This document shows positions 1-30,466 of a stretch of DNA of 64,000 nucleotides, piece by piece (positions within the stretch are counted from its first letter, which is position 1; each line of letters starts with the position of its first letter). The notes under the pieces are model-generated. The model was not told the origin of the DNA. It was given only the letters and a program-made list of their open reading frames with translations, and searched no databases. The position numbers and the translations under genes were made by a program. The DNA is from the human T2T-CHM13v2.0 reference genome, Homo sapiens. The stretch is from the NCBI RefSeq assembly GCF_009914755.1, contig NC_060930.1; one strand, written 5' to 3'.

Positions 1-750
<750 letters not shown>

Positions 751-789
751 TTTCATTCTTTACTATGGCTGTGAAATAATTATTTATTG

Positions 790-1055
790 TGTCCTCCAGT
801 TGCAAGGAGTTTAACAGCATGCCTGGCCGCTGCTCACTAGACGCTAGGAGCACCTCCTCAGTTGTGATAACTGAAACAACTCTAGACATTGCCAAATGTT
901 CCTGGGGGTGGGATGGGAGGATCACCCACTCTTGAAAACCACTGGTCAAGATGTCCCACAGGAGATACTTGGCAAGACAATGCACAGGTCAGACCCCCAT
1001 GACAAAGAACTATCTGACCCAAAATGTCAATAATCCCTGAAACTGAGAAACCCTA
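790..1055. mobile_element. MER20-like hAT MITE fragments in opposite orientations
   Basis: Reverse 5' part ~790-943 (agacattgccaaatg...aaccactg); forward 3' part ~978-1055 (caatgcacagg...aaaatgtcaata...gagaaaccct). Confidence 0.65.
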
Positions 1056-1072
1056 GTTTAGACTCTAGTTGA

Positions 1073-2083
<1,011 letters not shown>

Positions 2084-2339
2084 AAACTGACCCTTGACCA
2101 TTGGGTTTAGAAACTTGGAGGTCATTTGTGACTCTGACATGTGGTTTAAGTAAAGTGGTGGGGATGAGAGCCTGATTGAGAGAAATTCAAGAGTGAATGA
2201 GAGGTGAGAAAGTAGAGGCAGTGAGAAGTTTTGTTAAGTGGAGAGAGAAGTGGAACACTGAGGGAGTGAGCTGGGTCAGGGAAGAGTTTTTAAATTTAAA
2301 AATAAATGCATTATTTTATACATATAAAATTATAATTTA

Positions 2340-2822
<483 letters not shown>

Positions 2823-3691
2823 TTACTACCTAGGTGAGTAGCGAAACAGTTTTTTTCTTTCTTTTCAGAGATGAAGTATAATTTTATAGCATGTTTGCAT
2901 AATGATGGGAGTGTTGCAGTACAGAGGGGTAAACTGATTAAGTGAGAGAGAGAGAGATAGGGGATAATTTCAGGAATAACATCTCTGAGCAGGTGAGAGG
3001 GAACAGGATCCCGGGGTACAGATGAGGTGGCAGGTGGGTGCATGTCAGCTTCTCTGCGGTAGAGTTGCAGGTAGACTGGTGAATTTGGGGTGGGAACATG
3101 AGGAAGTTCCCTTCTGAAAGTTTCTGTTTTCTCACTGAAATAGGAAGAAAAGTCATCATCTTGTGAAGTTGTGGTCTCAGATTTGGGGAATGTGAACTGA
3201 GTAGGGAAAGGCGAGCTGGCATGCCACACTGAGGGCCCGCAGGAAGCAAGACCAGTCAGTATGACTGTGTGTTTCTCCCCAGCTGTTGAATGCAGGTGTG
3301 GAGCAGGCAGAGTGGGATTTGACCAGGGATAAAATGTGCCAGAGGAAGGGGGGCCAGGAGTACAGGGTGAGGGCTGAGAGGCGATTACCATGTTGAACCT
3401 TGGAATCTAAACTGGGTAATGAGGAAAGTGAAGAATTGAGATCAAACAATGAAAAGTAAGTTAGTGGATGGGAGGCCCAGATGGGGTTGAAGAATTTTTG
3501 GGATAGGGGTACTGGGGAGCAACATGAAAAGACTGAGGATGAGATTTTAGAAGGGCAGTAGGTATTGGTGGCAACCAAGTTGAAGGTATGACATAGGGCG
3601 AGAGGGAAGCAGGGAGAAATAAATCACTGCAAGAGAAGGGCAGGGTGCTAGAGAATCTGCATGAACATTGAAAACAAAAATAATAAAACGG

Positions 3692-5070
<1,379 letters not shown>

Positions 5071-5244
5071 AAGAAAATGAAATGAGCGGTGGAAGTAGAG
5101 TGATCAGGTGCTGAATCTTCCATTGTAGAGGGGGAATGATGACCCAGAATCTAATCATGGTTTTCCCCCATCTGTATGAGAGCACCCATACAGATGTTAT
5201 GGGAGGGCAGAGCCTCTCCTAGAGGATGGAGTCTCTGTCAGTAG

Positions 5245-5608
<364 letters not shown>

Positions 5609-5992
5609 ACACATTGTAACATTTTATTTCCTCATGAGGGAGGAGTCTGGGTGAGGTTAAGAGATCTGAGATTAAGAAACAAACATTCCTAAGGAAAAGC
5701 AAAAGAAAGCTAAGTCATTTTTTATTCATCTCTCCCTTTGCCTGATTCCTTTCAATTCAATTGAGTTCAAAGATTGGTAGAGGAGGTTTTATCTGATGAG
5801 GATCTGAAAAACAGAGATAAGCCAGATTTGACTCTTGCCTTCAAGTAGCTCACAAGGTAAACTGTGTATGTCAAGATATCAGGTGGGAAGAGATGAGAAA
5901 ATATGCAGATAACATGAATCTTAGATCTAGATACTTTTCTCCTAAAGAAAATTGCCCGGGTTGAAGTCATTTTTTGGCCTTTCCATTCTCCC

Positions 5993-7090
<1,098 letters not shown>

Positions 7091-8341
7091 TAATCTAACC
7101 CAGAGGAAAGAGAGACACCTTTTTGCTACAGTGAGGGATGAATTGATCCGGACTTTGAAAGATATTGTAAATAAAATTTGACCAAGTAGAGAGGCAGATG
7201 TCAAGAGGGGGAGAACATCATGAGCAAGAGCCTAGATGTGGTCTAAAGCCTCTGAAATTTGTGACAAGCTGCAAACAATTTGGTTTATAATAGGCAGAGA
7301 TTTGGGAAGGAGGTCTAAGATTTGGGAACAGCTGGGCAAATACCTGGAGGTGGGAATGATGAGTAATTCAGTATGGTTAGAAATTAGAATAAACAGAGAA
7401 GCTGGATGATTTTAAATTATGGAAGGTGTTAAAGGCCAGATTAAAATTTTGTAAATAATTGAGTAGGCAATAGGGAACCTTGAAGGGCTTTTGAGCAGTG
7501 GAGTTATGAAAGTGTGTTTAGGGAGGCTGATCTGACAATAGTGTGGAGGGAGACTTGAGGTAGGGAGAAGTAGGAAGTAGGGAGACCTGTTGGGAAAGCT
7601 GATGCAATAATCCTAATGAGGTAATTTTTCCAGCAAGGGCTGGGGAAAAATTACAGATTCAAAAGACATTGTGGTGGCAGAACTGACTAGGCTTGAGAGC
7701 ACACCAAAAATAAGGCAGGAGGGAGAGGGAGGAGGCGGCAAATTTCTAGATAAGGAAGAGTGATTGGGAAAATGGTCTATTAACAGAGACAGGGAAGCAG
7801 GTTTTCTGTGGCATTTCATCAGTTTGTTTTGGAATGTGTTGATTTTAGAGGACCAGCAAGCATCTTCCATGTGGCTATGATCTTCAGGCACTGGAAAAAA
7901 CGTCTGCATGTAAAATACAGGTTGGAAAAGCATTTGATTAGCTGAGTTGAGTGAATGAGCTTTTCAAAGGAAAGTCTCAGAGAAGGAAAAAAAATCAGAG
8001 ATGGACACTTAGGGGAAGGGAGGAGAAAAAGCAAGGAGGGAAGGCAGAGGCGGAATGGTTAGAGGTCTGTGTGTGTGTCGGGGGAAGGGAGGTAATACGT
8101 TCTTGAACCTGGGTATGTGGGGAATTCAGGGTCAAGGGACAAACATGGGAGGGCTTAGAGAGGCAGAATACTGTGAAAATGCCATTGATTTGGGATCTGG
8201 GTAATTGGTTGCCATTTGAGAGGGAGGTTTCAGGAGAATAGGGTGTGGATGCATATTCCAATAAGTCAAGAAATAGTGGGTATGAAAAAAAGACAGATAC
8301 AGACATATCTCTGATAGCAATATTCCGCACCCCCCTGCCCC

Positions 8342-8633
<292 letters not shown>

Positions 8634-9563
8634 TGAATTCTGTTTTTCAAGAAGTTTGGTAAGGTAGGCACATTAAATGCGAAACATCCAAGGGCGAACC
8701 CATGATATTCACACCTCACCCCACCCTCCTCCCACATCTCCTATCACATTTCCTATCTCAGTGCATGGCTTCCCTTCTAGATTGTAAGCTCCATGAGGTC
8801 AGGGGTCACACCTGCTGTCTGGGTGGATGTCTCACCAGCATCCAGCATGGAGTCTGCATGTTGCATAAATGCATAAATTAGGTTAGGACCCTGTCCTGTG
8901 GGTGTACAACCAAAGACCCAAGCCCACTGCTGGCAGCATCCCCTAATCACCACTCCCCTCAGAAAAGAGGCCTATTGGTTGACCTCAGGATAGGAGAGGG
9001 CAACTAGTCCCAGGGAGACTTGAGAGGCCATTGACCTCCTCCCTGGGCTCCCACAGCAATCTGCTCTCTTTGCCTTTCCTATACCCCCTACAGTCCAGCA
9101 TGTGGGGCTCTAATCCAAGTTATCTGCCACCCTCCAGCCCACAGTCAGGAACAGCTATGGGCAGCTGGCATCTCTTCTTGGCCCCCATCACTCTATCCTT
9201 GACCAGCTTCTTCACCATGGTCTGCCCTCTCTGTTCTCTTGTCTTCCTGGAGTTCTGGGGATAGTAGGGAATGGAAAAGGGGTACTGGGGAAATAAAGCC
9301 TCACTAAGAAAATAAAGCCTCACTGAGAATGGACCCCAAGGTCTTCCTTGGTGGATTCCCAGGGAGCTCCCCTCCGTCCCCCATATTCACGTGTCTCTCT
9401 GGCGATCTGGGAATCTGTGTCCCTCACGTTAGTCTCTGTCGGGTTTTCTTTTTTTTTCCTTGGAAGAGGAGATGAAGGGAAGTGAAAGGCGGAATCAAAA
9501 GTGGGGAGGGTCTTTGCGGGGCCGCAGTCTTTGGAATTGCGGGCGATAAATCAACTAAGTCTC

Positions 9564-9569
9564 TTTAAT
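9564..9569 (-). terminator. Probable PRRT1 poly(A) signal ATTAAA
   Basis: tttaat on the + strand about 850 nt past the stop codon. Confidence 0.6.
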
Positions 9570-10409
9570 ATTGTCTTTCAGAAGTTCACACACACTCACA
9601 CACAGATCAGAACAAGGCGGGGCCGCCGAGGGGAGCGGGGAGCGGGGACTTGGGAGGTCCATAGCCTGGATTCCCTTCTGCCCGGCTGCCCAGGGGCTGG
9701 GATGGGTGGAAGGGAGTATTTACAGAGCGTTTACAGGCAGGTTTCTTATCCCAGGGAGAAGGGTCCTACACCAGGAACTTCCCAAATGTCCTTAAAAAAA
9801 GCAAAAGGAAAGGTTCTGGGATTAGCAAGAAAATAGGCAGATACCTGGGTGGAGGAGGGACAAAAATGTACTTGCAAAAAACAGGAGTGTGGGGGCCTTA
9901 CTACCCCAGGGCTCGGTCCTTTTGCCGGAAGAAAGGGAGGGGTCTGTCCGTCTGTGGGCGAGGCCTGGAGCCACAAACCCAATCACTGGACTGAATCACC
10001 CCGCGGAGAAGAAAAGAAGGCGGAGCCTGCCGACCTGGAGGCGGGGTTTTGTCAGAGCTGGGGCGGTGCTTATAGAGGAGGCGGGGTTTTAGGGACCAAA
10101 CCGAGGTTGCTCGGTTGGGGGCGCTACACTTTGAGGGTGAGGGGGCCTGGAGCGACTGAGGGTCCGGCGTTTGGCCGGGATCCCGGAAAGCGGCGTCCCT
10201 GGGGGTGTGGGTTTTGGAGGGGTTCCTGAGGAACTGGATTCCGAGCTTGCTCGCAAGGCGAGACGTTCCGTGGAGGCGGAGTTTACGATGTATCCAAGTC
10301 TGACGGCCCCAGAAACGGGTGTGCAGGGCGCCCATTGGGTCCGCGGTATGACTGCAGAAAGAGCCTGGGAGATCGAGGGGCGCAGAGTGGGGCCGGACCA
10401 GGGGCGTTT

Positions 10410-13015
<2,606 letters not shown>

Positions 13016-13318
13016 GCCTGCGGTCTCGCTGGGACAGGGTCCCTGCAGCCGGAGTGGGGGTCCTCGGCCGGTGCTGGAGTCTGGGTGCTGGATGGCGCAG
13101 CCGGCAGCAGCGCAGAGATGGAGAGATGAAGGCAGCGGCGGGGGGGGGGGGCGGGGGGGGCGGGCGGAGGGAGAGCGGGGAGGGGGGGAGCTTAAAGGGA
13201 CCGAGGCGAGGGAGGGGGAGCGCTTCAGATGTTTCCCACTCGGTCTCTCTCTGCTCTCGGACCACCTCTCTCCTCCTCTTACCCCGGCATTCAAGCCCCC
13301 AGTTTGGGCTCCTTTGGA

Positions 13319-13332
13319 GTTGTCATGGAAAC
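13319..13332. promoter_or_regulatory. RFX X-box upstream of PRRT1 exon 1
   Basis: GTTGTCATGGAAAC versus consensus GTTGCCATGGCAAC (2 mismatches). Confidence 0.5.
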
Positions 13333-13989
13333 ACGGAGGCTAGACCAGGCGAGGCGGGTGGGACTAAGGAAAGGAAGGAAGGAGAACTCTCTGGAGTCTC
13401 CCCCACCAAGACTCAGTGATTGTATTGTGGGAGGAAGTGAACAGGTTCTCAGTGGAGTTAATAACCCAGGTGCCTCCAGAGGCAGGTCGTCTCCCCCTCT
13501 TAGCTCCCTGCAAGGTGCCAGGGTCTTCTCCCAAATCCTTGGCCCCAGTTTCCTCCTCTTTAGAAGAGATAAATACTTGTGTGTGAGAGAGAATTGTGCA
13601 GAGTTCAGAACTGCGATGGTCTGAAAAGTTCCCAGGGTTTGGTGAACCTACCAACCTAGCAGTAAAGAGGGAGGCCCAGGTCTGTAAATCAGGGGGAGCT
13701 GGGCCTTGGAGGGAAAAGGGAGAGAGAGTTTGGGCGGTGTGCATACATACCTTCTTCGTCCAGGACTAAGGAGCTGAAGCTCTTTTGGAGGGGGTAGGGG
13801 GTATGACTTAACTGCTCATTTCTGGCAGCTCTGTTGGTAATGTGTGCTTGTTCCCCCACTTTCCCTTTGCTTTTGAGGCTGCTTAGAGTCTCTGGGCTGG
13901 TCAATGTTCAGATCCATTCCCTAAACCCCCCTACTCCCACCCACCACCTCCCACCAAGACGCATCTCCAGCTCCTGAGTCGACCTGCAG

Positions 13990-15550
13990 TACAGCGTTAT
14001 TAGTCTTTTTATTTGCTTATTGCATCTTGGGAGCGCGTGGGTGGGTGAAGGGAGCGAGGATAGGAAGTCTATGGAGATTTACACCAGTTTTTTTTTTTTT
14101 TTAAACAAAAACACAGCCAGATAATCATTATTCTTCCCTTACGTCCCCCCAGCCCCCACCTGGGGCAGTCGCTCTCCCGGCTGCGTCCCTTTTCGTCCAT
14201 GTCCTAGCAGAGACTACAGAGCAGTACAGAGGCTCTCGCTGAAACCAGTCCCAGGCTCCACAGAGTCAGATCACGGCTTCACACCAGTCGTTCTGGTCAC
14301 TTAGGCGTTCGCGTGAGCGCTCAACCCCTTACCGCCACCTCATCGTCACTCTACACCATTCTGAGCGCAAAAATGTTTTGATTGAGACAAATTTAGACCA
14401 AGCAATGACCTTGTAAACAGAGAGAGGGGCTCAGACATGCTGAGAAATCCTTATCTCTAGAGAAACGTCTTTAAATGCTAAGTAAAAGCCCTAGCAAGTA
14501 AAAGCCCTGAGGCACTAGGGTGTCGGTTAGGGGTCACAGGCGGAGAGGTGGGGCGCCTGGGGGTTTCGGTAGGGAGCCACCCACAGATAACTCAGACAGC
14601 CAGATTCTGGGGGTCGTTCAGGTTGAAAGACTGGTCGAAATTACGCGGGCATGAGTCAGCGCATCCCTACGCGCCCTCCGCCCCTTGAGGGTGGGTCGCT
14701 TATAGGGAGGGGAGTAGAGTAGGGCAGGAGAAACTGGGCCAGGCTGCACTTAGCTCAAGGGGCCTCGAGGACTCTCTGCGTCTCTGGAGACAAGGGCACT
14801 ACACGCACTTCAGAATGAAGAGTTGTAAGTCGCTGACCTGGGGCGGACTGGAGGGTGGGGTGGGGTGGGTGTTGAGGGGCACGCCCGGGCTGGCATCAGC
14901 CCTCCAGGCCACCCTGCCACTCACCCAGCACACGGCAAAATGCAGAGGACTACCTTTCCCTGGTCCGCCCCCTGGCCGCCCCTTGGGGAATGCAAACTTC
15001 GTGTCCTGCTGCGGAGCCAGACGCCTGTATTGGGAAGTGGGGAGAATCAAGGCGGGGAAATCGGACTTTTGGGTCGCTGGGGGCAACGAAGCCTGGAGAG
15101 GCCTTCTTTCCATTCCCAGAATATGTTTGCTGCTTTTTCCTCTCCCCACTGGCCTAAATGGATCGCTCCGCCTGTTTCCTCCCCAGCACCTAGGGCGCAA
15201 TGGAATATTCCATTGCCCCTCCTGTCCTGGGTCTGTGTTGCGGGGAACGCTCGCGCGGTTGCCAGAGAAAGCCCCGGACGTGACGGATTTGCGCGACCCC
15301 AAGCAGCCCGCCCTTCCCCCTCCCATCCGTCATTCCCCTGCGCTCTCTTTCCTCACCCTTCCCCCCGCCACCGTGGGTTCCAGACTTGGGATAAGTAAAC
15401 AGCGGGTGGAGCGAGGCCTACGGACCCAGGCCAGGTGGGAGTCTGCACTCTTCAAGGGGCCTGGGCTGCTGCTCACGGGTATTAAAGAACTCCGCGTTGT
15501 TCATGGCTGAGGCGATGCATTAGGAAGATCCTGGACCTAGAGAACAAGTC
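13990..15550 (-). ncRNA. Probable divergent lncRNA from the PPT2 CpG island, ending upstream of PRRT1
   Basis: Minus-strand AATAAA at 14008-14013 just outside the island. I recall an annotated LOC lncRNA here; boundaries approximate. Confidence 0.4.
14815..14824 (+). CDS. PPT2: Alternative first coding exon of PPT2 adding MKSCGS in frame (308-aa isoform)
   Basis: ATG AAG AGT T|gtaagt (consensus donor at 14825) joins tcag|GC GGG AGC ATG (acceptor, exon start 15775) in frame. Confidence 0.8.
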
Positions 15551-15782
15551 CCCCGAACGCTGAGTTGGAGGCGGGACTTCGGGTGCGCGTTGGTGCGTCA
15601 ACGTGGTGGGGGGGTGTGTTTGTAGGGAGAGGGCTGGAGTAAGTTAAAAGTAGGCTATTTTGTGACACGGACCTGGTGTGGGAGCGAGAGGAGGTGGCTT
15701 GATTGCCGGGCGTCTGTTCCGAGGGAGGAGGGTGTTGCCATCTCCCTCACATGCCCTTATCACCCCTTTCTCAGGCGGGAGC

Positions 15783-24140
<8,358 letters not shown>

Positions 24141-24845
24141 GGATATATTCAGGGGTCCCCAGGAACTCCTCGGTCCAGAGACCAAGTGGTGGCCTTGGAA
24201 AGCAGATGTCAGGCTTTGGTGTGCCTGTGACCACCTCATTGCTCCCATATTATCCCCCATTTTTAGTAGAGACGGGGTTTTAGTAGAGACTTGGCCTCCC
24301 AGAACCCCCTTCCTCTGCTCCTCCATGAATGACAATTCCAGGCCTCCCCTACCTCATGTCCTCTCATTTGGGGGATTGCTCCGTGCTGTCCCTTTCTCTC
24401 AAGGCCGAAGTTGGGAAGTGAGAAACCATGTTTTTAACTTGTGGCTGCTTTTGCTGCTGCTGCTCCTCCGTATCTGGCTGTATGGGTGGAGAACCCACCC
24501 CCTGCCCACCACAGGGGTCTCCTTCCAGGCCACTCAGGACATTTTTAGCTTCTCTCCTCCCCATGTTCCCTTTTTTCTCTAAAGTCCCCTGACATCAGCC
24601 CTCCCAACTCCTAAGAGGGACTACCCATGAGAGTGGGGTTCTGAGGCTCCCCTATGGGGACAGTTCCGTTCTTGAAGTGTCAGTGTTGGGGAATATCTGT
24701 GGCCTATGAGGCCCATCTCAGGTTTGGGGATCCCCCAGTCCCTATGATCAGTGTTGGAGTACCCCCCTGGGAGAGCCTAGTTTCTTTGAGGCCCCAGGCC
24801 CTCTTTTAACTACCTTTGAATAGGTGTTATCCCTGTATTTATGGA

Positions 24846-24851
24846 AATAAA
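24846..24851 (+). terminator. PPT2 poly(A) signal AATAAA
   Basis: AATAAA followed by a GT-rich downstream element. Confidence 0.8.
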
Positions 24852-26069
24852 GTTCCATTTCCTCAGTGTGACTTGGCTCATTTCCAGGTGGAGGGGACCT
24901 GGCTCCCCAAGGAGGGTGGGGGCGGAGCCTGAGGCCTGGGTGCCCAGATGCCTGGTCTAGGGTGGGGACCCCCTTGGTGTTTCCGCTCTCTCTCAATGCC
25001 CATTCTTTGTGGGTTCCTGGTTCTCTGCGGGTTCTTTCCTGCTGAAGACAATTCTCTTCCTCTCCCAGTCCCCAAGACTGGGGGGTTAAGCTCAGGGCTC
25101 CAGTGGTTTGGGCCTCAGCCTCATGGGTGGAATGCGCCTGCCACCCCCAGGCTAGACGAGGGGGCAGAGGGTCAGGGTGGGCATTCGTTGTGCCGCTTTT
25201 GAGCTTTGTGGGCCAGAGCTGGGTGTAGGGCTGGACAATGAGCCTCCTCTTCCTTGAAAGAAGGAATTTTGGCTGAGACAATAGGGCCCTGTCTGTTCTG
25301 GCATGGGGGGTGGTGGCTGACTCAATTCTGTTCCCCCTAAGCCCTAACAAATGTCATGAAGAGAGGGGGGCAGTTTTCCCCTTGGTGCCCTGGGCTGCCC
25401 CCCTGCCCCTTTGTGACGACTTGCCCTTCTAGCTTTCCTCAGCTGATCTTGCTTTTTCTCCCATAACCTGAACTGCTTTGTTCCCTGCAGCTGGTTCTCT
25501 CCCTGCCCCCTAACTCTCCCCTAGTCTGTTTTGGGTTCAAGGGGGTACTGGTGGTGTTACAGAGCTCATAGCTTCTGATCTGGGGAGTCCAGAAATAGGG
25601 GCCTCAGAGGGTTGGAAAGATACTTCTAGGGAGCCCTTTGCTGGGATGGGGATGAGGGTAGTGGGACTTGACCCTACTGAGCTGACCCTGCTGGAGCTAA
25701 GGAGGAGGCTTGTGGGAGGGGGCAGGAATGGGAGGACTCTCTGGCCCAGCCCCTCCTCTCCTTCTTAGCCTGCCAGGCCCACCCACCAGTCTGAGCTGCT
25801 TCTGCTGAGGCTGGTCTGCTTGAAGCCTCCCAGGAGAAAGAAGCCAGGTGGGAATGGAGAGAGAGAGGAAGGCAAGTGGGGAGAGAATTTCAAATGGGGA
25901 AAGAGTGGGGTTTACTCAGAGCCTTAGGGTGGGCATGAGTTGCGGGGTGTTTTGTTGGAGCAAGGGATGTGCATTTAGGGCGTTATGTGACGGTGTGGGT
26001 ATATGAGGGGAGTAGCAGTGTGTGAAAGGTGTGGAGTTTCCAGGTGCTTGGTTTGTGTGTACGGTGTGA

Positions 26070-27010
<941 letters not shown>

Positions 27011-27335
27011 CAGGAGGGTCATAAGGGGAGGGTTGACTGTGTGTCCCTCCAGGTTGTGCAGAGGGGATTAGAAGTAAGTAGGTTAGAGGGGAGGTGGAGG
27101 GAGTGTGCTGGGGTGTGAGCTTTTATGATGCTGAAAGGATCATGATATGCTAAGGACAGGATAGTGTTGGGTTGTACACACAGGTGTAGGCAATCCTGGT
27201 GGCTAGTATGTAAAAGTGAATGTCCTGACTCCCTTAGAGGGTACCTGCAGAGTGCCCTTGGAGGGACTAGTGCTGGAGAAATTAATAGGAGAGGGGACGG
27301 GCATCCATTAACCTTTTCTTGCCTGCAGCCTGTAG

Positions 27336-29147
<1,812 letters not shown>

Positions 29148-29414
29148 GAAGCCTCTACAGCACCCCTGCCCCCTAATTTATACAGAAACCGGACCCACTA
29201 ATCCTCTGGGATTGGCCGACTGTGAGCTGCAGATAAGGCTATCAGCCACCAAAGAGCAATGAACAATGGAAACTTCAGAGAGCTGAAGAAAGGGGGAGGC
29301 CTGTGTTCTTGGCCTGCCCCTGAGTCTTCTGGCTGGGGGCAGGTTGCCTGGGCAAGAACTGCTTCTTCAATTCCTTAACAAATGCAACCACCAACACCCA
29401 GATCTCTCTCTCTC

Positions 29415-29420
29415 TTTATT
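29415..29420 (-). terminator. AGPAT1 poly(A) signal AATAAA
   Basis: tttatt on the + strand, about 1 kb past the AGPAT1 stop. Confidence 0.75.
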
Positions 29421-29450
29421 TTCAGTTTTTTTGCTGTTATCCAGATAATT

Positions 29451-29456
29451 AATAAA
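29451..29456 (+). terminator. EGFL8 poly(A) signal AATAAA
   Basis: First AATAAA after the stop at 29147. Confidence 0.75.
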
Positions 29457-30466
29457 AACCAACCACGCAAAACTGGGTCCCACCCTCTCCTTTTGCTCCC
29501 AGCCTACCTCCCCAGTTGTGGGAACAGGTCTGGAGTGAGAGGCAGGGAGTGGCTAATGCCACCAGGAAGAAATGAAAACTGGCTCAGAGAGGGGGAAGCC
29601 TCAACAGAAAAAGAAATAAATTAAAAGCCCTCCTATCCCCTCCAGCCAGGGTTCGTTCCTTTCCCCAACTCCCCAGGGGGCAGAAGTGAGTGCAGCACCT
29701 GATGTCTGCTTCTTCCCCTTGTGTCTGGTGAGATGGTGCAGCAGGGCTGCAGGGGGCTGGGTGGGGTCATGTCCACTGAAGAACTGTACTATGGGGACAG
29801 AAAACCAGAAATGTGGAGACTGAACTGGTATCCCAGAGAGTGCACGACCCTGGGCATCTGGGCAAGGGCAGGCATGAGACCTCTGAATTAGAAGGGTCCA
29901 GCCCCCACTGACAGGAGGCTACACTGGGAGGGAAGGTGAAGGTGCTGAGGAAAGCTCCCAGGATGAGCCTGGGAGTGCTTCAGGTATCAGCTTCCAGCCA
30001 GAGGGCGAGAAGTCCTCCTCACAAATGGATGAGTCCATTGAATCCATGGACTTTGGAGTGGGGGGGATTTGTTCCAAAGAATGGATGAGTCCACTGGCCA
30101 ATGTGGGGTAGAGGGGTAGAGAAGACCACATAGGAAGAGACTCCACTGGGGATGGAATGTTCCCCTCCCTTGTGTAGGCTGAGTCACTGGAGATGAGGGG
30201 GAGGCAACTGTCCCACAGACAAGACAGTAGGAGGTGGGGGTCAAGAGTGGAAACTGCACCGAGGCAAGAGTCCATGGATGGGGCCAAGAGGGGGCAGGAG
30301 TGGCGCTGTATCCACATTCACTTCAGAAGTTGAAGATTCCAAAGAGGAGAATAAGTGGGGAGAGGGGAGACAAGGAAGAGGGTTTGGCCCTGCTTCAGGG
30401 CCCACTGGGTGGGTAGGTGTGGGGAGGAAGATGGGGACAGATGGGAGGAGAGCTCAGAGCCAGGGT

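Noticed and set aside
14815-15510. 231-aa ORF in the PPT2 CpG island
   Set aside because: Only the first 10 nt are exonic (consensus donor at 14825); the rest is GC-rich intron/alternative 5' sequence.
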